64,000 bases of DNA from Raillietiella orientalis (Eukaryota), in assembly GCA_036172245.1 (NCBI GenBank), contig JAYWIR010000015.1, forward strand, positions 4,092,001 through 4,156,000, read 5' to 3'. Position numbers and translations under genes: made by a program. Below the pieces are notes generated by a model. It saw nothing but the letters and a program-made list of their open reading frames with translations. It was not told the DNA's origin and made no database searches. Shown piece by piece: positions 56,665-64,000 of this stretch; positions within the stretch are counted from its first letter, which is position 1, and every line of letters starts with the position of its first letter.

Positions 56665-58204
56665 AAAAAAATAAATAAATAAAAATAAACAAAAACACTT
56701 GGGAGGAGCGGGAAGGGATCACTGCCCTCTGGAGTCTGCATCCGTTCCAGGATGCCAGCAAGGTCCGTCCGGATAATTCCCAGGTGGGACCATCTGGCCA
56801 TCATACACAGGAAGAGAACTGAGAACTGGATGATATTCTTTTCGCTGCTTCCTCTATTGGCTTCGCTCCATGTCGCCACAGTCCCGCAGATTCAGCAAAG
56901 TGCTGCTAGGGCTGCAGCTGACTGCAGAATGTCCCTCAAGAAGAGGAGTTGTAAGACATCCCTGGGGGGGGGGGGGAGGGGGACTGTCAACCGGGATTCG
57001 GAGGGTCGCTGCAAAACATTCCCATAGGGGTCAGAGGGCAACAGCAGATGAAGTCCACTAGCAGAGAAATGCGGAAAGGATTCGCGTTCCTCGCATCTGA
57101 GTCAGTCCGGGGTCGCCCCTACCCTCTGGATCCAGTGGTATCGGCGCGCGTCGCAGGGGAAGCCCCAGTGCAACAACAGCAGGGCCAACTGCCACTTCAG
57201 GGGGAGGATGCTCGTGTCCTTCAGCACTTGGGGCCACTCCAGCTCTTCTGGTAGAATGCCGAGCAGCTCGCCCCAGTGCTGAATTCCCCGTGGAGGAACA
57301 CTCGGGGTCGCTAAGTACCTCAGAGCCGGTCGCATGCCTCGCGGCGTACGTGGCTCTTTTAAACACACTGTTTTGTTTCCACGCTTCTCACCTGCGTGCA
57401 ACCCCGCAGGGGGCGTGTAATTCTTCAGGATAGGGGGCACCCCGGGATGGGGGTCCGCCTTATGAATCCAGGAAGGGTTCGCAGTCCTTTCCTCTCACGC
57501 TTGGGGAGGGATCCCCCCGGACGGAGGGGATCGCACCTCCCACCCTGGTTGTCTCCGAAGGGGAATCCCGAAGGGAATCTTCTTCCTCATTCTCTCCGGA
57601 GGTACACCCCCTGATGGGAGTGGTCCTGTCCATTTCAGCTTCTCCAAAGGGAACCCGGAAAGGATCCGCTAGTAGGAATTTCTTCTCCGGAGGGAACCCG
57701 CAAGGGAACCGCTCCTGTTCACTCCTCTGAAGAGAACCCCAAAGGGACGCTTCCGAAACTAAGAAGGGGCGCTGCAGCTTCCCTCAGGAAATCGCTCTCG
57801 CTTGCTTCCTTGTGCACTCTGTGAAGAGGCGACGACTCGGAGGGACCCCCGCAACAGGGGGGTCCGCTCCTTTGAACAACTGGAGAGGTGCCCGTGAGGG
57901 CTGCTCCATCTTGAAACCGGAGGGGTCCCTCGGTGGGGGGGTCCGCTCTCCGTTGCACGACCGGAGGGGAAACTCCCCACTTCTTTATTCCTGGGAAGAC
58001 CCGAAGGTCAATTTCCCATTGTTCCGGCCTTCATCGGGAGGCCGCCGGTTTTATCCACCGCCGGTGCCACGCCCGAATGTCTCGGCCAACCAGCGCCGTT
58101 GCAGGAGAAACTCGGAACCCAACGACGCAGTGGCGTCAGTTTCTGCCGAAGTATTCGAACCCGCGACGTACGGTACCACGCGCTGAAGCCTTAAAACTTC
58201 CGAC
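56665..58204 (-). mobile_element. Composite non-autonomous retroelement: tRNA-like head + hairpin array + L1/Tx1-like ORF2 3' end + T-rich tail
   Basis: Head ttaaggcttcagcgcgtggtacc...GGTTCGAATAC (58194-58151). Hairpin array ~57950-57400. Then WGELLG...LPLKWQLALLLLHWG...PD*LRCEERESFPHF, and a T-rich end at 56695-56665. Confidence 0.75.
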
Positions 58205-58209
58205 GTGGG

Positions 58210-59658
58210 GCTTGGGGTCGCTGCACCCGCCGTGGTCCAGTCCCGTGGTCCAGTCACTCATTAGCTTCTTCCTGCCTACCACCTCACAGGAGACTTCCCG
58301 CAGCGACCTTGACTGCTGCCTAGTGCCCTCCTCTAAAAGAACAGCATTGCAGCGGGGGGGTCGTCTCCGCCCACGTGCTCCTGTCAGGACACTCCAGGAC
58401 CTTCCGGAGTGAGCAACGGGCGTGGTTGCCATTTCGCAGGAGGTTCCGCCTCTTGGGAGAAGAAACGCGGGTGGGATGGGGTTCTTGCAGGCGCATCCTC
58501 AATCCAAACGAACGACACCGCAGTGATGCAGAGGGAGACGAGGTGTGCAACCCCTACGCCCATTTAGGGGGATGTCCTGCTTCTCCTTTCCTCCTGACCT
58601 CGTCAAGTGATCGTGGCGTCCGTTGCATATGAGCCGCCCGTGCAGGAACGAGGTCTTCGTCTGTTGGATGCGAGGGAGTGGGGGAAGGAAGCGCCGAACT
58701 TACCGTACATCAGGAGCTGGAGGGACCGTCAACGGATCCCGGAGAATGCGGCAGGTTCTCCTGGTGCCAAGTCCTTGCACCCACGTCGCCCTAGCAGACA
58801 TATGCCGCCGTTCATCCGCCTCTGGCTTTGGATGCCATTTATCGTGGAGCGTCGTCGCAGGGGGGGATTGGGTGGAAGGAGCTTGAGCGTGGGCTGGTTC
58901 GTCCACAGCTCCCCTAAGGTTCCTTTTTATCCCATCTTTCAGCGTGAGTCGTCTCCTTGCGCGGAACACGAGGGCGGCGGAGGTCGCGGATGACTTCCCT
59001 GGATGGAAGCGGCCTCACTCTCCTTCCACTCCCTGGCAACCGCCTCGATCTCACGCGGCAGGAGGCAGTCGGTTCTCAAGGAGTGCAGCTGCTGGTCAGC
59101 CTAAAGGGACGGACATCCTCCTGATCGTGTCCTAAAAGGCATTCTCGGGGAGTCGGAGTGCCCCTGCAGTGCGGACTTAACCCAACGGCGCGTTTCTGTA
59201 GCCTGCGCGCCGAAGAATCCTCAGCGCGTGCGTCCCTCGAGGATACTGCCAGCGCTGTCCTGGAGGATCTTTCGGAACTCGGATCGCTCGGTGTTTCGAC
59301 ACTTGGAATTCCGGTGTTTCGAAATCAGGGACCGCTCCTCCCCGAACGAGCAGCCGCCAGCGAGTCGCCGGCGGGCAACCGGGGAATCTTCTTCCCCAAC
59401 GGCCATTGCGGGAATGAAAGAAAAGTTCTGCGTGCAGAGCGCGCGGGCCGTGGGTCCGTTGCAGGGGAACGATGCTAGAGGTCCACGCACGAATTGCCTG
59501 GAAGGGAACGATTGATGGTTCTGGAGGAAGGCGGGAATTATCCTGACATTTCCGTTCTCTCTCCTGCACATACATTGGCTGCTACTCCACCATGCCGCCG
59601 CGTTTACTCTACTGAAAAGCGTGCAATAAAATACGACGTTTTTGTTTTTCGTTTTTTT
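58210..59658 (+). mobile_element. 5'-truncated L1/Tx1-like LINE 3' end
   Basis: VAYEPPVQERGLRLLD (P..GGLGL.D-like) and GESECPCSADLTQRRVSVAC (zinc-binding-like). AATAAA at 59625-59630, T-rich tail at 59639-59658. Confidence 0.55.
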
Positions 59659-59744
59659 AGCAAAGCAGGACGCTAGATGTCACTTAGGACTGAGGAGGGT
59701 TTCCGACTCGCAGGTCGGTCGCCCTAGAGACCTACAATGGGGTC

Positions 59745-60420
59745 GCCCGCACTGGCGGCCGTGTGGCTACCGTCTCCCCGCGTGGCACCAAGCGTTGATG
59801 GTTCGAATCCCACTCGGGGAGGGTCGACGCCAGAGAAATGAGTGCGCCGTGGGTGTCGAGACTCGCAGTATGACACTGGTTGGCCTGGAGGCTTCGGGTG
59901 CTGCACTGGTGGAAACTGGAAATCGGATGACCTAGTTGACCGGCCGGGATTAGATGTTGATCCTCCGGGGTCAACTTCCGGTACCGTGGTCCTTCCAGGA
60001 ATTAAGGAGCCCTTCGGGGTTTTCCTACAGCTGTGAAAGTGAAGCCGCCTCCCACCCTCTGGGAGGAAACCCTCTATCGCGTAGAATGGAGCTGGTTGAT
60101 ACCGCCTCGGGAGGGTTGCCTCTCCAGAGTGCAAGAAGCGAGTTTTTCCCTTCGTGGAGCACCCTTCAGACGAAACGGGAAGCTGATCCTTTGGAGTTCA
60201 CTTCAGAGGAAGAAACAGGGAGCGGTTCCCTCGCGGGTTCCCTCTGGGGAAGAAATTCCAGGAGCGTAGATCCTTCCCCGGATTCCCTTTGGAGAAGAAA
60301 TGAGGAGCAGTTCCCTTCCGGGGAGAAGAGGGAAGAGGCTCCCTTCGGGGTTTTCCCTACCGGACGTCATAGGATCTCTTTCCTCCGGAGTCTTCCTGGA
60401 TTCATAGGGCGGTTCCCTTA
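59745..60420 (+). mobile_element. tRNA-headed SINE-like element, 3'-truncated (subfamily B)
   Basis: TGGCggccgtgTGG box A-like at 59753 and a perfect box B GGTTCGAATCC at 59800-59810. 60200-60420 aligns with the hairpin array at 63180-63460. Confidence 0.8.
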
Positions 60421-61399
60421 ACTCAAACACTCACCTTCGAATGAGTTTACGAATGCGGCACAATAGACAGGAATGCAAAAATATGGAGTGTCACGAGGGG
60501 TGGGGAGACCGTGTTTCTTCGGGGGTCCTAACGCATCATTGCTATCCCTGCGCTGACGTGGAGAGGAACGTACAAGGGTTCGAATGATGACAACCTAATT
60601 GGAGCACTGAGATGAAGGCTGCTGTCCCTTTGGATGCTCTACAGGATTAACTCGTGGTTAAGTAGCTGGAGATTAATTGTGATTTTTTTTTCCTTTTTTG
60701 CTGCGGTCGCTGTGCATGTCTATGTGGTGGCACAACTCGTTGTTTACCTTTTTGCAGCAATATTACTAATGGTGGGGACAACAAGAGTACTTTTTTAGTA
60801 GCGGATGGCTTAGAAGGAAAACCGGCCAGATTTGACAACCCCTTTTACAAGCTGAAGTGACACTCTACCGTGAGACTAGACAACGGGAGCATCTGGAAAC
60901 TAGAGTTGTGTTGCCCGACTTACCTCTGAGAAGAATCCGTCTCTCAAATGAAAGGGATCAATGCCCCGAAGTGTCACACACATACACACATCTGCACGAT
61001 GGAAAGTCCTTTTGGTTTTTCTTTTTTGAAATAAAAACGTTTATAATTTTATGAAAACAACAGTCAGGAGATTTATAATAATGAGTGTAAAAAACATCGT
61101 ACATAATTCTTGCTAGACACTTACGTCAACATAATAATACGTCCTTGAACAAACAAGACAGTAGCAGGTTCCAGTGAAAATGTCTCTTATTTTCAAAGTA
61201 GGTCTATATATGACATTAGCCGACAATCGATGATATGAGTGAACGAATGTTCAACTTATTTGTCACCTGATTAACACCCTTCCGACACTGATTTCCAGCA
61301 TAATGTATCACAAGAGTCTCATATAGAATCATGCGTTAGAATGGGGACCAGAGAGACCTCAAATAGAAGAATGAGCACAGAGCTGCAATTCAGCAGCAA

Positions 61400-62550
61400 C
61401 TCTATGACTAGAGCATCGTTGGGGAATAACTTGTTTTCAGAGAAATATTAGAGCAGTTAGTCACGAAAGAAGCAAATGGGCCGGGAACTGACAAACGAAG
61501 TGATTTCTCGTCCAGCTGACTTCTGTTGTTGTTGTTCATAGCCAGCAGATCCAGCAGCCTGCAGACTCCATGTGAAGCCTCAACTGCTCGTCCAAATGAG
61601 AAAGTCTGTCGCATTCAAGAGGGACGGGGCTGGAAACCAAGGCAGCATGGAGGATGCCTCCCTGTGGCTGTCGCGAAACTGCAATTCTGGAACTTCGTGC
61701 TTCTCCGTTACATTGTCGTCCCTGCTATACCTGAAATTTATCTGGAGATTCATCGCCTTTACAGCCTCCATCACGGAAGCATAACCACTTCCTTTTCCTT
61801 AGAGCTTTTTACTTCTCATTGTCTTTATTCTCGGATTGCTGGTGGTATCTCTGCAAGCACGATCACTGCAATGCTCCGCACGCTCATGTGTTATTTTCTC
61901 AGCAACAAGAGGCACTCTGTTCGGGGTTTTGCAGCACAGATTGAAAGTCTATGTTGCAAAACTGCTTTGCCAGTGGACTTTGTATTTTTGCATGCACACG
62001 AGTTCACCTAGACAAAAGGCTACTTTTCCTCTTTAGAAGCGCGACCGCAGTATCACATGCAGCAACTTGAAAGTTAAACCCACCGTGATTCTCATGCTAG
62101 ATGGAATCACTTTTTCAGCAGGAGGGTGCATTGCAGAGGCTTCTAGTTCAGAGTAAGGACTGTTCTCGCTTTCTCTGAAACCGTCGCTCCGGGTGATACA
62201 AGCTTGCCAAGCACGCAAATGTCGAAATGCATCCTCATCTACTTGCTTGGCGAAATGACTACCGAAAAGATTTTCGGCTGCAGAATCAAGCTGCAGAAAC
62301 ATAATGCAAATCGTCCTAGTGCCATTACGAAGGTCACAGTTGACACGTCCCTGGTGTGTGGGAAGACACAGCAGGGATGCGTCAGTTGAGAACGTGGTGT
62401 TTGCCATTAACCGAATTCTGAACGGAAAACTTCCAAGAGTCTACTCATCAACAAAACCTGCCTTTGCAAGTTTTTCTAGTTGAGCACCCAACAAATGCTG
62501 TCTGATTTGGCACAAAAATTCTCAAAACTGAAAATCTACGATGGATAAAG
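61400..62550 (-). mobile_element. Decayed RT remnant of an L1-like element
   Basis: ORF 62033-62407 ICIMFLQLDSAAENLFG resembles the hydrophobic-D..KAFD motif. Otherwise degenerate. Confidence 0.25.
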
Positions 62551-62700
62551 TGGCAGTTTACGTGACAGCGTAGCCAGCTCTTTAATAACTCAGCTCTCCT
62601 CTTTTATAAAAGACCTTTTCTCTATTCCTACATAATTTGCGCTCTGTTGCACCTATGCAATCTGCGTTTTGAATTGCACTTTTGGCAATGCTAATCCCGT

Positions 62701-63589
62701 GTCGGAGGCCTTGTGGTTAAGGCTTCCGCGCGTGGTACCGTACGTCGCGGGTTCGAATACTTCGGCAGAAACTGACGCCACTGCGTCGTTGGGTTCCGAG
62801 TTTCTCCTGCAACGGCGCTGGTTGGCCGAGACATTCGGGCGTGGCACCGGCGGTGGATAAAACCGGCGGTCTCCCGATGAAGGCCGGAACAATGGGAAAT
62901 TGACCTTCGGGTCTTCCCAGGAATAAAGAAGTGGGGAGTTTCCCCTCCGGTCGTGCAACGGAGAGCGGACCCCCCCACCGAGGGACCCCTCCGGTTTCAA
63001 GATGGAGCAGCCCTCACGGGCACCTCTCCAGTTGTTCAAAGGAGCGGACCCCCCTGTTGCGGGGGTCCCTCCGAGTCGTCGCCTCTTCACAGAGTGCACA
63101 AGGAAGCAAGCGAGAGCGATTTCCTGAGGGAAGCTGCAGCACCCCTTCTTAGTTTCGGAAGCGTCCCTTTGGGGTTCTCTTCAGAGGAGTGAACAGGAGC
63201 GGTTCCCTTGCGGGTTCCCTCCGGAGAAGAAATTCCTACTAGCGGATCCTTTCCGGGTTCCCTTTGGAGAAGCTGAAATGGACAGGACCACTCCCATCAG
63301 GGGGTGTACCTCCGGAGAGAATGAGGAAGAAGATTCCCTTCGGGATTCCCCTTCGGAGACAACCAGGGTGGGAGGTGCGATCCCCTCCGTCCGGGGGGAT
63401 CCCTCCCCAAGCGTGAGAGGAAAGGACTGCGAACCCTTCCTGGATTCATAAGGCGGACCCCCATCCCGGGGTGCCCCCTATCCTGAAGAATTACACGCCC
63501 CCTGCGGGGTTGCACGCAGGTGAGAAGCGTGGAAACAAAACAGTGTGTTTAAAAGAGCCACGTACGCCGCGAGGCATGCGACCGGCTCT
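62701..63589 (+). mobile_element. tRNA-headed SINE-like element, 3'-truncated, near-identical inverted copy of 57322-58194 (subfamily A)
   Basis: Best-preserved head gtcggaggccttgTGGTTAAGGCttccgcgcGTGgtaccgtacgtcgcgGGTTCGAATAC. 62717-63589 is the reverse complement of 57322-58194 with no indels and about three substitutions seen. Confidence 0.9.
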
Positions 63590-64000
63590 TTTGTTATGGA
63601 ATTTTTTGATGGATTTTTTAGGTGATACTTTCTGAAAATGATTTTTAGAAAACTTACTGAATATTTGGCCTGTATAGCAGGAGAAACGTGGAGCATGTGC
63701 ATTAACGTAAAGTCATTCTTTCGTTATTACTGTCTACTAGTGAACTAGACACCTTGATAATCAGCTTGATGGAAGCATTTGCAAATGTCATTTCACGGCA
63801 AAATTATGCATTCTAAGGATGACTCCAAAATCATTCTTAATGAAATTTTATTGTGAAAAAATATGCATTATAAGAATCTACTCTTGTTGCCTGTCTTCAA
63901 TGCACGTTATAGACTCGCTGCAGATTATTCTCGGTTCCTCAGTTCTCGGATGATGTATGTAACCGTCTAGAGATACTTAAGATGCTTTGCATAAGCAAAA

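Noticed and set aside
57812..58412. Duplicated ORFs (57812-58186, 57933-58412, 62653-63099) as real genes
   Set aside because: Overlapping antisense frames of a GC-rich repeat with no recognisable domain.
60750..60860. Protein-like peptide GGDNKSTFLVADGLEGKPARFDNPFYK
   Set aside because: Too short and not recognisable; no splice or homology support.
62701..62770. Functional tRNA genes at the element heads (also 59745-59820)
   Set aside because: Boxes A/B are present, but acceptor and anticodon stems do not pair into a cloverleaf, and the heads are fused to repeat bodies.
62870..62895. Hammerhead ribozyme-like ccgatga...ggaac
   Set aside because: Core is CCGATGA rather than CTGATGA, there is no GAAA or stem II, and it is not conserved in subfamily B.
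62960..63510. CRISPR array interpretation of the hairpin repeats
   Set aside because: Units are diverged, spacers are short and conserved between dispersed copies, the context is eukaryotic, and there are no cas genes.

Overview
Eukaryotic (invertebrate, probably ecdysozoan) nuclear DNA, not prokaryotic. Two AT-rich gene islands carry a REPS-family EH-domain gene (minus strand, 11 exons reconstructed by hand, ~25.2-27.7 kb) and ribosomal protein RPS16 (plus strand, ~36.5-37.2 kb). Many of their introns are only 43-48 nt long. Most of the rest is a graveyard of decayed non-LTR retrotransposons, mainly L1/Tx1-like, plus one NeSL/Utopia-like restriction-endonuclease element. The most striking structure is a GC-rich repeat family present in five copies. 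It has a tRNA-like Pol III head and, in the longer copies, an array of ~40-bp hairpin units; in the longest copy these are fused to a LINE ORF2 3' end with a T-rich tail. Two copies are near-identical over 873 bp and inverted. The window also holds a 37-nt U2 snRNA 5' retrocopy with target-site duplication, an 81-bp fragment resembling an endosymbiont IS256 transposase, and several perfect hairpins. Family calls come from motif recognition only; no searches were run, and boundaries of decayed elements are approximate.
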